Source: the human T2T-CHM13v2.0 reference genome, Homo sapiens. From it: a DNA stretch of 64,000 bases. The notes under the pieces were generated by a model. The model searched no databases and had not been told where the DNA came from. It saw only the letters and a program-made list of their open reading frames with translations. Positions within the stretch are counted from its first letter, which is position 1. Each line of letters begins with the position of its first letter. The stretch is from the NCBI RefSeq assembly GCF_009914755.1, contig NC_060940.1; one strand, written 5' to 3'. Position numbers and translations under genes: made by a program. Positions 28,048 to 42,990 of the stretch are shown here, piece by piece.

Positions 28048-28385
28048 CATATTAATCAGGCACTGTTGGTTGCAAGCAACAGAGTCACAATGCACCTGGT
28101 CTTTTGTTTAGAAGAGGGAGTTCATTGGCTTACACAACTGCAAAGGTCCGAAAGAGGCTGGGTTCAGATGCACAAATACACGGTTTGAAATCTGGTTCTT
28201 TGCTGTTTCTTGGCTCAGCTTTTCAGTCTTGACATCGTCCTCTGGCAAATTCTTCCTTAATGGGGGCTCAAGTGATGCAGCAGCTCCAGGCTTACTTTCT
28301 ATGAAATGGACAGCCCTGGTGAAAAGCAAATGTCTCCTTCCTAACCATTCTGACAAGAACAATAAAATCCTCAAAGATTTTCTTT
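28048..28385 (-). mobile_element. MaLR LTR (MLT1J/K-like), first part; probably continues at about 29410-29655
   Basis: tattaatcaggcactgttggttgcaagcaacaga...ttcattggcttacacaactg...gcagcagctccaggcttac. Confidence 0.6.
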
Positions 28386-28389
28386 CAAA

Positions 28390-28533
28390 GAATAATAGCA
28401 TGTATTAAGTGCCAGACACTAAGTCCTTTTTGTATATGAACTCTGTTATTTCCTTGAATCCTCACAATAATTCTGCAAGATAGGTACTATACTTAACCCC
28501 ATTTTAATATGGTAAAACTTAGTTACAGAACAG
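28390..28533 (-). mobile_element. MIR (continues at about 29312-29400)
   Basis: gtgccagacact...aatcctcacaataattctgcaagataggtactat...ccccattt; remainder is aacttgcccaaagtt...ggattcaaaccagg...tctggctccagag. Confidence 0.7.
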
Positions 28534-29306
<773 letters not shown>

Positions 29307-30161
29307 ATAAAGGTAATTAAACTTGCCCAAAGTTAGATTTTTAGCAGGATTCAAACCAGGAAAGTCTGGCTCCAGAGTACAAGTTCTTCCTCATTGCAAT
29401 GTTCTTTATATAGTTTTTATTGATTCGGCTTGGATAGTAACCCCACAATTGAACCAATCATTTTGGCCAGGAAAACAAAGTGTTTCATCGGTTTGGTTAG
29501 ATTTGGGTCCTGTCTTCATTTCTAAGATGAGGTACAGGAGTCAGCCCTACCTAAACCATGGGTACTGGAAGTGGCATAGGAACAGTAGCTCAAAGGAAAG
29601 TTATTTTCAGAAGAAGTAATGGATAGAGATCAGGTGACAAAATAATATCCCCCACTGATAGGGATATGGTAGGGGCAATTGGGTAAATTTCAAGGATAAG
29701 ACCTTGCCATGATACTCTTGGATTACAATGGAGAGACACATTTGCCCTATCTCCTGGGGAAAAAAATTGAGGAATTACAGTTGGCTTTAAGTGTATGCAT
29801 CTGATTGTTGACTAGATCATGAGGAGGATAATGTGGACATTAGGAAGAGGGGCCTTGCAGAAAGGGGCAGAAATAGCAAATTTCAAGTGCCTGGGAGCCC
29901 CCAAATCGGGTTGTGTGTGCTATTTTTAAAGTACCAGGAGACACGACAACTCCTAGCTGCAAAGAGACATTTATCACACTGAAAAAAAAAATGAGTGAAT
30001 GGTTAGACAGATAGATGGATGATGGATGGGTGGGTGGGTGGGTGCATGGATAGATGGTGGATGAAAAAATAAGCAATGAATGACCCTCTAGATGATAAGT
30101 GGAACCCTGCTTTGTTTTCCATTTCCTGCTTCAAATCTCATTTGCCAGCAATACCAAATAG

Positions 30162-30523
<362 letters not shown>

Positions 30524-31250
30524 TGAAGACTGATTATTTTTAAGCCAGCTGAATGGGTTAAGTGTTTGTCCATTGTGCTCTGGAAATTCTCTGAGCGTAT
30601 TCACATTATTACACTTAACACTTTTGTGAACCACATCCTTTTAGGCAAAAGTGATCATCTCTGTCTCACTCATTGCAGTACTCTAATGCCTAACACAGAG
30701 CCTGACCCAGAGAGAGTGCACTGCAAGTATATTCTGAATGATGGAGTGAAACAGTGAGTCAGTGTGCAAATAATGTGTGTTGATAAGCATATGTAGGGTC
30801 TGCAGTGGTGATGTAGGTTTTATAGCCAATGACATCTCCAGTGCCTTTTTACTTGATAAATATAAGACTATAATTTTCTTAAAAGCATAAATAATAGGAA
30901 GTGTTCTCGAAGCCCATTCCTGGCCAAATTCTTTGCCTTTAATATCGTGCTTAAATTTTGTCAACGCATTTCTTTTAAAAAATGGAGGAAAACTGAGTGG
31001 GGAACAAGAACACTTTCTCATCTCATTCATAATCTATCAGGCAATCCTGGGGTGCCATCAAGAAGAGATGATGAGGCGACAGTGAGACAGCAATGACTGC
31101 CTTCAGTTTTATCATCAGTCCTGGATAGAGAAGGTGCACCACCTATAAGTGAAGGTGATCAGTTTTTCCATTTCCAAAGAGATGGGTATCTTAAAAGTTA
31201 GAAATTTGTGACTTTGAATTGCCTTTTTAATCATAAGAATCATAGCTTCT

Positions 31251-31568
<318 letters not shown>

Positions 31569-32102
31569 AATCATAGGTTCTGCTTAGTCAGTGCCTACTT
31601 ATGTTTTAAGTTATAGTTGGCCACTTTACATCTCTTGCTTCTGCTCCGGTAGGTTTCATAATCTCCATTTTATAGTTGAGGGAATGAGTACCTGAAAGGA
31701 TGGAATAAACTCACCATAATCAACCTAGCTGGCAAGTGATTGGAACTGAGGTTTGAACCATGTTCATTTGACTCTGAACACTGCAGTCTTTCCTGAATAC
31801 CATCCCTCAAGCAGAGAGTTGGGCCCAGATGAGATAGGCAGAGCTTCCTTAGCATAAAGTCAATATTGTCTTTTTGCCAGACAGTAAGCCAACCATAACC
31901 GCATACATCTGACCAGAGGCTCTTGTACAAATTGGCCACTCAGGTTCTCTGAAGGAGCTTGATTTGGGGCCTGTGAATAGTCCTGTGAATATTGGGATAC
32001 ATGAGATTAATTTTTCCCTACATCTAAACATCCAAATGGCTTAACTTCCAGAGGGGCACATCTTAGCTTCTAGGGGGTGAGAGGCTTCCCAGTATCTTAA
32101 AG

Positions 32103-32174
32103 AAGTGGTTCTTAATCTCACTGGCAAGTTAGAATCACCTGGAGAACTTTAAAAAACATTGATGACTAGAGTCC
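32103..32174. mobile_element. MER5A-like hAT-Charlie terminal fragment
   Basis: agtggttcttaatc...ttagaatcacctggagaactttaaaaa. Confidence 0.65.
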
Positions 32175-32467
32175 TTTTTTTCTTTCTTTTTTTTTTTTTT
32201 TTGAGTGTCATTCTGTTACCCAGACTAGAGCGAAGTGGCACAATATCAGGTCACTGCAACCTCTGCCGCCCGGGCTGAAGCAATTCTCCTGACTCAGGCT
32301 GGAATTACAGGCACCTTCCACCATGCCCAGCTAATTTTTGTATTGTTAATGGAGATGGGGTTTTCCCATGTCAGCCAGGCTGGCCTCAAACTCCTGAGTT
32401 CGACTGATCTGCCTGTCTCGGCCTCCCAAAGTGCTGGGATTACAGTCATGAGATACCCTGTCCGGCC
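32175..32467 (-). mobile_element. Alu (S/J) with small internal deletions
   Basis: Antisense dimer; agagtcc on both flanks. Confidence 0.9.
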
Positions 32468-32517
32468 AGAGTCCAAGTTCATCATTGCAATGTTCTTTAT
32501 CTGTATATATTTTTAAT

Positions 32518-32620
32518 TGAACTCCTATGTTCACTGCAGCATTATTTATAATAGCTGAGAGATGGAAGCAACCTAAAGGTCCATTGATGGGTGAAAGGTT
32601 GAAGAAATTGTGATACACAG

Positions 32621-32651
<31 letters not shown>

Positions 32652-32965
32652 CACTTTATCTTGAATAACATAAGACAAATGTATTCAGGTATAAGTATTA
32701 ATTCATGGTGCCTTGCATAATGGTGAGAGGCACACATGTTTATGAAGGCAGAAGTAAACTATTTGTAAAGCTGAAAAAAAAAAACCACACACACACAATG
32801 GAATAGTATTCAGCCCTGAAAAATAAGGGCAGCCTGACGCACACTTCAGCATGGATATTCCTTGAGGAAATTATGCTAAGCGAAATCAACCAGTCACAAG
32901 AAGACAAATACTGCATGATTTCACTTATATAGCTATTTCAAATACTGAAACTCTTAGAAACAGTG
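32518..32965 (+). mobile_element. L1MB-like 3' fragment interrupted by (CA)n and a 135-bp non-L1 insert
   Basis: atgttcactgcagcattattt...gcaacctaaaggtccattga...caatggaatagtattcagcc...attatgctaagcgaaatcaaccagtcacaagaagacaaatactg. Confidence 0.8.
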
Positions 32966-32999
32966 GGCTTATCAAAATTGAAAAAAAAAGATACGTCTT

Positions 33000-35900
33000 T
33001 CAGTAACTGCCATAAAGCAAGAGAATGCTGCCACGTGGTGATAAATAGGTCCCCTGACATATGTGCATAAAAATTGTGCCCATTTTAACAGGATACATTT
33101 TTTCACTTGTGATTCTGATGAAACTGCAAACTAGAGTCAGAAAACAAACCGTTATACCAGGAAATAAACCAGAAAATAAATAAATAACCAGAAAATAAAT
33201 CATGTGCCTTGGTATTTTCTTGAGTTTCAGAAGTGACCTTATTATGGCAAAACTATTTTTTGATATTATGGTTTGTATGCATCAAAAATGCAGGTTTTAA
33301 TACCAAGATCCATGACCTAGAAAGAGGTTTTAGTATCAGATTCTCAATGTTTTTGATGAAGAGGGAAAGAGAAAACATATCATTTAAAAAATTATTTTCA
33401 ATATATGACAGAATTTTATATTTTGAACAAGATATTGTTTTGTATATAAGCCATGGAGAGTACACTTGAAAAGCTTTGGCTTTTGAGATATTTGGTTTCT
33501 GGACTCTTGTCTCTGTAAATTAGAACATTCCGATGTGAGATGAACATATTGGTTGAAGATCATTGCAATGGTCATGTTTTTCCAAAGAGAAGTAGTTGAA
33601 ATCATTTAGTAGCATGTGAATAAAAGCAAGGTTTTTAGAGGCAATTCAGTAATTTTGGTAGCTTTTGTTGCAACCAACAGAGAATCAATGACAAGACAAG
33701 GAGAAGAGAGAGAGCAGCTCTTGTCTTAATTTAAAGCTGAAAGATACACACATGATTAATACCAAAGAAACTTTCCATTTTATTGGTGGAATGAAAGTAA
33801 CCTTGTAGAGCTTTTCTGTATTGGTAGAAAGCAAAAGCAAAAAAATTAATTGTTTATTTAATAAGTGGTATTTTTCTGAGTTCTGCTTATAGTTTCTTTA
33901 GACGTAGAATAACACATCATTAAGAAAAATAATAATTGATCTGCCATGAAAAAAAAAGAATGACTGACACAGCTTCTTTGCTGTCAGCCCTTTTGTACTC
34001 CAAAACGTAATGCCCATTTTGAAATATCATGGCTAATCCAAAAAATATACAGCTAAACAGAAAAACAACATCAGTTCCAAATATGAATACATGATCTGCT
34101 ACTTAATATGTCAGGGTATTTGTCAGGTTGATAACATTAGGCTCTGCGGCATTCAGTTCTAAGCCTTGCAATATTTGAAGTGTGATATTGTGCTTCAGTA
34201 AATTTAATACGTGGGCCTCAGTAATGGAGGGAATCACGTTAGCACTTGGCAGTTTGTTATGCTGTATAAAATTGACTGCCCTGCAAATACAATAGCGATC
34301 ATAAAAACGGTGGTCAGCAGAGAGGGGTGTAATGCATTTTTGAGGTTTCAGTAAAGGTCCAGATGAAATTTATTGAGATTTTTGCCATTTGGATGGTGAT
34401 CAATAGAGCTGTGCTAATAATTTGTTGTGAGGATGTTCTCTGGGGATATGACATTTTGCTGTGAAACTTTGGAAATTCAGAAGGTAGACTAAGTGATGAT
34501 ACTGCTCCAGTATATATAACCGTCAAAGACTTTAACATCGCTCTGGGAGAGGATTTATAGTGATGGTGATTACTTCTTCAGGCATTGAGGATGTGATGCA
34601 TCCAATTATTGATATGTTTTCATGCATTTTCCAGTTTGGACTCACAGTCATTTGATCGTATTGCTGTTTCAGCCCAGAGTTTTGTGATAGGTTTGTTTTT
34701 AATTTCATTCACAGTTTCCAAATTGCTAGCCTATTTTCTTAATTATATCATTGATTTCCCCTGCCTCCTCTCCCTTCACCCTGCCCACATCCAGAAAATG
34801 ATCGTTGAAGAAAAGAATTCCGTCAGCTTTCATTCACATCAACAGAGGCTACTTAGAAATCCTGACTGTGAAAACTACTTTTGTTGTGTTGTAGTTGCTG
34901 TTGCTGCTGCTGTAGATGGCTTGTGTGCTGTACCGAATTTGCAAACAGGCTTCTGAGTTAATGTTAAAGGAGTACATAGCATGCAGATAATGTTTGTGAT
35001 GGTTACAGTTTTAATGCACATATGTCAGTGGACCTGTTAAATCACTGTGAGGCAGCATTCTTTGGCTTTATGGTGGTTGCCGTTGAATTTATCTTTTTTT
35101 TTTTTCAATTTTGATTAGCCGCGTTCCAAGAGAGAGAGATGAATTATCCAATCTTTGCAAAGTGGGATTCCACACTGACAATACAGAGATATCATTCTGA
35201 GAAAAATAAAATAAAACAAAATAAAGAAGGTTTTAAAACTTCACATTTGGTAAAACTGACTTATCCTGAGGCTGTTTTTATGTCTGTTCTGTATGTTAGA
35301 AAAGGAATTTCTGAGTTCGTGTTTATTTCCCTGTTACATTGTTCTGTTTCCTCAGTGTATTTCATGAACCTGACCAATTAAGTTTCAGCCCTGTCTAGGA
35401 ATTTTTTTGTTGTTGCTGTTGGATTAAAGCAACTAAGTAACTCTGCAGTGGACAGAGGCTTAGAGAGACTCCACATTATTTGTTTGCAAGAGGAAATTTG
35501 TCAGCACTTTGCAGAAAGAACACTGAGACTAGGCACAGCAGAACAATTTATTTTCAATGAGCATGCACAAAGTAAGATTTATGACTTTGCATCTTCGATG
35601 ACATTTCTTACATTGTTACCAAGCTACAGCAAATTAAAGGGATCCGTGAATACTAAGGGGTGTGTTTTTGTAATGAGGAAAAAGAGACAGAGCAATAAGA
35701 AGATAATTAAGGTAACAACTTGTGAAAAATTAAAGTGTTTCCATCTTTCATTTTTGAATCTCTGAGCATAAACTTTGTAGTTGTTAATTTAATTGCCGCT
35801 GTTCGCGGCATCCCTGAAGAATATTGAGGATTAATCGTCTGGTTCATTCCAACAAGAGATAAGGCCTAAGTGAATTGAAATTTTACCAATTTAACCCTGT

Positions 35901-36370
35901 CTTCCTCCTAATATGACATGATTAACATTTTTCAATTAACCACATGTAATTATTCTGAAGGCCTCATTCCACTTATTTCTAGTCTTTTTGACTGCAGATT
36001 GGCCTTTTCAGGTAGTTTGGATCTAGAATAATTCAAAGAAAGCTCTGTTTGTTCTATTTTGCATCTGGCACACAGGTTCATCTGCATTGTCTTTGGAGTT
36101 GCCATTTCATCGGAAAATAAAGATCCATAACAGTTGCATTCATTTTTGCCTAGGTGCTCTTCCTGTAAAGCACAGTGCTGCTCATTGAAGCCTGAAGGAG
36201 TAATGTGGTATTGTTGGAGCATATTTGTAACTGAGCAGAGTGAAAGACTAAACACCTTGCAGGCAAGAATGTCAAAGGAAGAGATTGGCTGGAAATGGTT
36301 TTCCACAGTAAATGGAAAGACCTCAAGATTCGGGAGAGTTTGGCATTTCCAAGGAACAGAATAAAGGCTA
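33000..36370. promoter_or_regulatory. Repeat-poor 3.4-kb block, candidate cluster of conserved non-coding/enhancer elements
   Basis: No recognisable transposon. Contains many TAAT/TTAAT and (C/T)CATAAA motifs, CACGTG at about 33032 and locally retained CpGs. Motif and composition evidence only. Confidence 0.35.
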
Positions 36371-36374
36371 GTTC

Positions 36375-36912
36375 TTTGTGTTCGTCCATATGGTAGCCAG
36401 TAATCACAGTGGATATTGAAATGTAAATTAATTAAAGTTTAATGAAATCAACAGTTCAGTTTGTCTCATATTAGCCACATCTCAAGTGTCCAATGACCCC
36501 CCTGTGACTAGTAGCTGTCATATTGGAGCCAATACCTAGTAGAGATACAGAACATCTCTATCATCTTGGGATTTTTTTTTTTTTTTTTTTTTTGACAGGG
36601 TCTTGTTCTGTTATCCAGGCTGGAGGGCAGTGGTGCAATGATGGTGCAATACAGCCTTAAACTCCTGGGCTAAAGTGATTTTCTAACCTCATCCGCTCGA
36701 GTAGCTGGGATTACAGGTGCACGCCACCACACCTAGCTAATTAATTTGTTTGTTTGTTTGTTGTGTAGAGGCTGGGTCTCATAATGTTGCCCAGGCTGAT
36801 CTTGAACTCCTGGCCTCAAACAATCCTCCTGCCTTGGCCTCCCAAAGTGTTGGGATTACGGGTGTGAGTCACTTCACCTGGCCCCATCTAGGGAAAATTA
36901 TCGGATAGTGCT
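36375..36912 (-). mobile_element. MER3 hAT-Charlie MITE split by an Alu
   Basis: gtccatatggtagccagt...ttagccacatctcaagtg...cagaacatctctatcatc[Alu]...atcggatagtgct. Confidence 0.75.
36572..36882 (-). mobile_element. AluJ
   Basis: Antisense dimer; TSD catcttggga / catctaggga. Confidence 0.93.
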
Positions 36913-37439
36913 AGGCCAGAGCACAGTCATCAGGTGGATAGTGGTTAGTATTAACCAGGGCATTCTAAATTCTGATATGGCAACAAAAATCTCTGTACCA
37001 GAGGGGTTAATGCTACATGGGTTTATTTCTCTCATACACAAAATCTACTGCATGCCTGGGCAGGAAGTAGGCATCTAGAAGTTTGCGCTGGGGCCCTTTC
37101 ATTCCTCGTCATGGCCCATGGGCCAGGACTGGATGCCCATGCCCTGCCTCCCTGCAACAGGACTTTTATTTCAGTCTTTTGTTTGCCAACTGGACACTAA
37201 GTTCCTATTTGTATCACCAAACACTATTATTATTTCTATTCTATAAAGGAGAAACTGAGGCCCAGAGAAGTTAGATAGTCTAAAATAAATACCTAAAGAA
37301 TGATGCAGTGGGTTTCTAGGTACATCTGAGTCCAGCTGCAAAGTCTAATCTTTACTGAGCTAGCTGGACTCTTCTGGTGCACACTAGGAAGTCATCAGAG
37401 GCTTTCCAGCTTTAGAAAACCTATTCTGACCAGCACAGG

Positions 37440-37803
37440 TGATACGGTTTGGCTGTGTCCCCAGCCAAATGTCATCTTGAACTGTAGCTCCTGTAATTCC
37501 CACATGTTGTGGGAGGGAACTGGTGGGAGATAATCGAATTGTGGGGGTAGTTTCCCCCATACTGTTCTCGTGGTAGCGAGTAAGTCTGATGAGATCTGAT
37601 GGTTTTATAAGGGGAAACCCCTTCACTTGGTTGTCATTCTCTCTCTTGCCCGCTGCCAATGTAAGGAGTACCTTTCACCTTCCGCCATGATTGTGAGGCT
37701 TCCCCAGCCACGTGGAACTGTGAGTCCATTAAACCTCCTTTTCTTTATACATTACCCAGTCTCAGGTATGTCTTTATCAGCAGCCTGAAAACGGACTAAT
37801 ACA
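37440..37803 (+). mobile_element. THE1 (THE1C-like) MaLR solo LTR
   Basis: TGATACGGTTTGGCTGTGTCCCC...GGACTAATACA, 364 bp, TG..CA termini, 5-bp TSD acagg/aaagg. Confidence 0.93.
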
Positions 37804-38019
37804 AAAGGAAACTTAGAAGGGAACCTCAGATTAGGGGCAAGCTCCTTGGTTAGAAGCCTGATACGTGACAACAGCAACTTAACTCAAAGGAATAATGGTG
37901 GTAAACTCGAACACATAACATTACGCAACAGTCCCTACCTGGTCCTGGAGTAGAAACTCCAAAAGGGGAAGGTTGTAGTTCATCTGCAAATGTATGTGCA
38001 CAGGCTCACTACATGTTTT

Positions 38020-38215
38020 GGCTGATTTTTATTGAGCATCTGTGATTTGCCAGATATTGTTTTAACTTTTTAGCTTGATGTACATTAGCTAATTAAATAC
38101 TCAATATTTCAATGAGTTAGCCTCTATTTTCATGGTTTTACAGATGAGAAAATGCACGTAGAGAGAGGTTAGGTAACTTGCCCGAGGTGACACAGCAGAG
38201 GAGCTGGAATTTTAG
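38020..38215 (-). mobile_element. MIR
   Basis: ttattgagcatc...ttttacagatgagaaaatg...gaggttaggtaacttgcccgaggtgacacagc. Confidence 0.75.
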
Positions 38216-38984
38216 TCACCATCTTAAGAATGAAGCAATGTTTGGAGAGAATGGTGACTCAGAGATTTGTATCACAGCCAAATCATACAGAAAGCGCTGT
38301 TGACTCAAATAGGGTAAACAGATAATGCAAATCCAAAGCTTTGGGTGTGAGGATCAGATGGGGCAATGAGGATGGCGAAAGGAATACCTGAAGTCATGAG
38401 AGATGGTAAGATTGCTGAAAGGGTGCAGATATAAAGGGAGAAAAATAAGAGGCCACACATGAGATCTTCAGCAACATGACTCATTAAATAAGACCAAGGG
38501 TTTCAGTGTTAAACGGACTTCTGTAAATCTTGGCTTTGGCACTATGTCACATGGGCAAGTCATGTAACTTTCTGGGACAAGATTTCCTTATTGGCAACGT
38601 GGAGGCAAGGATGCTCAAAGCACCAGACCCAACCAGGACAAAGAAGAGAATGAGCATGCACATCTCTGCCCACAAACTCAGTCTTGGAATAAGAAGCACA
38701 GTTTTGTGTTACTGTGAAACAACGTTAATTTTATCCTCATCCCCACTTTTCCTTCATGGCCAGGAAATGTAACCCCCCATTATGCAAAAGATAATAATTC
38801 TCACCTGGGGCCTACAAAGGTGAAGGGGATGGGGAGGACCTGCCTAATCATCTACCTTCATCATCTCCCAGATATATAGGCTGCATTTCTGCAGGCCGTA
38901 TGCTTGAGACTTGAATATTTCACTAAAACAAGGAACACACATCCATTTCCCTTTGGAGAGCTCTGCTGCTGGATAAACTCAGAC

Positions 38985-39270
38985 TTTTTTTATAAGATGG
39001 AGTCTGGCTCTGCTGCCTAGCCTGGAGTGCAATGGTGTGATTTAGGGTCAGTGCAAGCTCCGCCTCCCGGGTTCAAGTAATTCTTGTGCCTCAGCCTCCC
39101 AAGTAGCTAAGATTACAGCCTCCTACCACCTAGTTAATTTTTATATTTTTAGTAGAGACAGGTTTTTACCATTTTGAGCAGGCTGGTCTCAAACTCCTGG
39201 CCCCAAGTGATCTGCCTTCCTTGCCCTCCCAAAGTGCTGGGATTACAGGCATGAGCCACCATGCATGGTC
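38985..39270 (-). mobile_element. Alu (Sz-like)
   Basis: Antisense dimer. Confidence 0.92.
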
Positions 39271-39335
39271 AACTTACAGATTTTGATATTCTTACCAGTG
39301 TCTGGACATCTCTTTTATAATGCAGATGAAATCAA

Positions 39336-39385
<50 letters not shown>

Positions 39386-39406
39386 TGTGTTTGTGTGTGT
39401 GTGTGT
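39336..39406. repeat. (CT)n(GT)n compound microsatellite
   Basis: Direct reading. Confidence 0.92.
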
Positions 39407-40322
39407 CTGCTCCTCCTCTCTTCTCTTTCTTTTTCTATTTTCATTATAGCTACTCTGTCACTCCCCATGCAGAACATCCAACATAATCACTTCAACAACC
39501 AGCTTTTGGAAAAGCAAAAGCTTCTTACAGACAGAATTGTCTTTCTGCCATGCTTGGCTTCATCCCTCCACTAACTCTATTCCTTTTCCTCCTAGAGTTC
39601 AGAGACAAAGAGGGTCCTATATACCTACCTGTTTGAGTGATGGAAGAGAGGAGGAAAATCCTAACTAAATAGCCCCAGATAGTTTGCAACCAGGTTTGTA
39701 AAATGCTTAACATGGTTCCTGGCATATTATCTGTGCTGGATCAAGGGTAAGGGTACCTTCTACTACTACTACTTTTATCAGCAATGGTGAGGAAAGGATC
39801 AGAGACCTGAGTCCACCCTCGACAGTTTCAGTTTTTGGTAAAGAGGCAAGGGAGAGGAGAATGTTTCAAGAATGTTGGGTTGGTGAATAAAACCAAAGGC
39901 CATGAAGAGGTTGAAGACTGAGAAATACATTGATTGGATTCTTTTTTTTTTAAGTTCATCGGTGAGCTTTCAGGGGGCAGTTTTAGTTGCTGTGGACAGA
40001 AGACAAGCATTCATGTCTTAAGGAATGAGGAATTGAGGAGGAAGCTAAGACCCTTAGGATGGGGTGAGCTTGTAAAATGTTGGCTGTGGAGGAGGAAGAA
40101 GGTAAAGACATAAGCCTGGAAGGAAGAACTGACATGAGTTTTAGTTGCTGACTTGATATCCAAGTCAAGACTGCAGTGGATCCCAGGACACCTGGAAAAA
40201 GATAGCTGTCTGGGCATTAGGGGATTAGGAATATTAGCCAAAGAATGGTAGGCTTTGTCTAGGTATTTATGGACTGTTCTCTCTTTCTCTCTGCATGAAA
40301 CTAATTCATTCTCATTCTCTTA

Positions 40323-40331
40323 TTCTCTCCT

Positions 40332-40379
<48 letters not shown>

Positions 40380-40390
40380 CTTCTCCCTCC
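40323..40390. repeat. (CT)n microsatellite
   Basis: Direct reading. Confidence 0.92.
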
Positions 40391-41924
40391 CAATTTGTCC
40401 ATTTTCTGAATGGACAAATAAATTTTGTCCATTTTTTTTTAAATGGCTTTTTTTTTTTTTTTTTTTTTAGTTTTTTAAAGGTCACCTTCTCTTGGTTATT
40501 TTTCTGACCACACAAAGTTTCTTTTCCCCACTCTGAGTCTGTATGATAGGATTTTCTTCATTTTCTGTGCCACTTCGCTCAGTTTGCACTTATGTTTTCA
40601 TGGCTATATTGTCTAACTTCCCAAATATGTAGTTTTGTAAGGAGAGAAATGATTTCTTCAATTTATTGTTGGATACCCAGGACCTAGCATATAGTATGAG
40701 TTTAATAAATACATCTTTTAAGTGCATAAATGAATGCATTGATGAATTTGGGGGCATCTTTCTATTTTTTTAAAGGAATGAATAAAAGAATGTGGCATAT
40801 TTCTAGGCAGAGCTCATCAATATCTGAACCAACAATTCCTGTGTGAAACGCTGAAAGCAGAACCTCTCACAGTGATATCCTGTGCAATAATTATTGGAAC
40901 TGGGAGTGAGAGACGGAGACTTGAATGAGGAAATATTTATGGGGAAGGTAGCGTTAAACTTTCCAGGATGTTTCCTTGGTATGCTCATAATGGATTTCAA
41001 AGATCCACACCTCTTGGCGGACTCCAGGAGCAGGATTTCATGAAGCTCTTTTGTGAAATGCTTCCATTAGGCGTTCGCATCTTTCCCAAAGGGATTCAAG
41101 CATGGTTTCTAAGTGTCTCAGAGCCTAACGTGGAATTGGGAGAGAGAAGGAGGGAGTGAAGAGGAACCCTCGTTGGAAGTAATAATGAAGCCTCCTCCAG
41201 CTTTGCAGAGCTCTGCCAGGAAGCCACCCTCAGCAAACCAGGGAACCTCCTGACGATGAGCTGGGGTGGTTTCTGAACCATGAGTCATCTTGTGCAAAGT
41301 GGCTCTGGCTTTATCAGGATGATGTGTGTAGACTTGCAGTCAGCTGGGGAGCAAGTAGGAGGATCCTGGGGAGGAGGCCGGGAAATAATGGGTGAGTGTT
41401 AGTGCTGGATCCAGATCGCTTCCTGCCCTTCAAGGAGTTAAGTTCAGGGCATCTATTCACACCCAATATTTATTCATTATTCACCCACGGAATACCAGAC
41501 ACAGTGCTTGGTTCTGGGAATCTAATGCTGACCAAGACAGATAGGACCCCTTCTCTGATGGACCTTAAAATACAGCTTGGGCGGCAGCTAGAAGACCTTA
41601 TCGCATGATTGTTAATCCAAGTTCTCAGGTATGCTCTAAGGGGAAAATGCGCAGCAGTCAATGAGAGCATAAAGCACGGAAATGGAGTTTTGCTAGAGTG
41701 CATCAAGGATCATTGTTATTTTATTTTTATTTTTATTTTGGAAGGTGGGGCCATTTATGGCTCCCTGTACCAGATGAAAGATTGCATGTTCATTAACATA
41801 TTAATGCCATTTGTAGTTTGGATGAGTTAAACTCATCTAACTTTAGTGTTTACAAGGGATGAGCTACTATAGTCTTTTGGATCCCTTCTTCTCCTTTACC
41901 TCATCATCCTATCCACCAGTAAGT

Positions 41925-42990
<1,066 letters not shown>

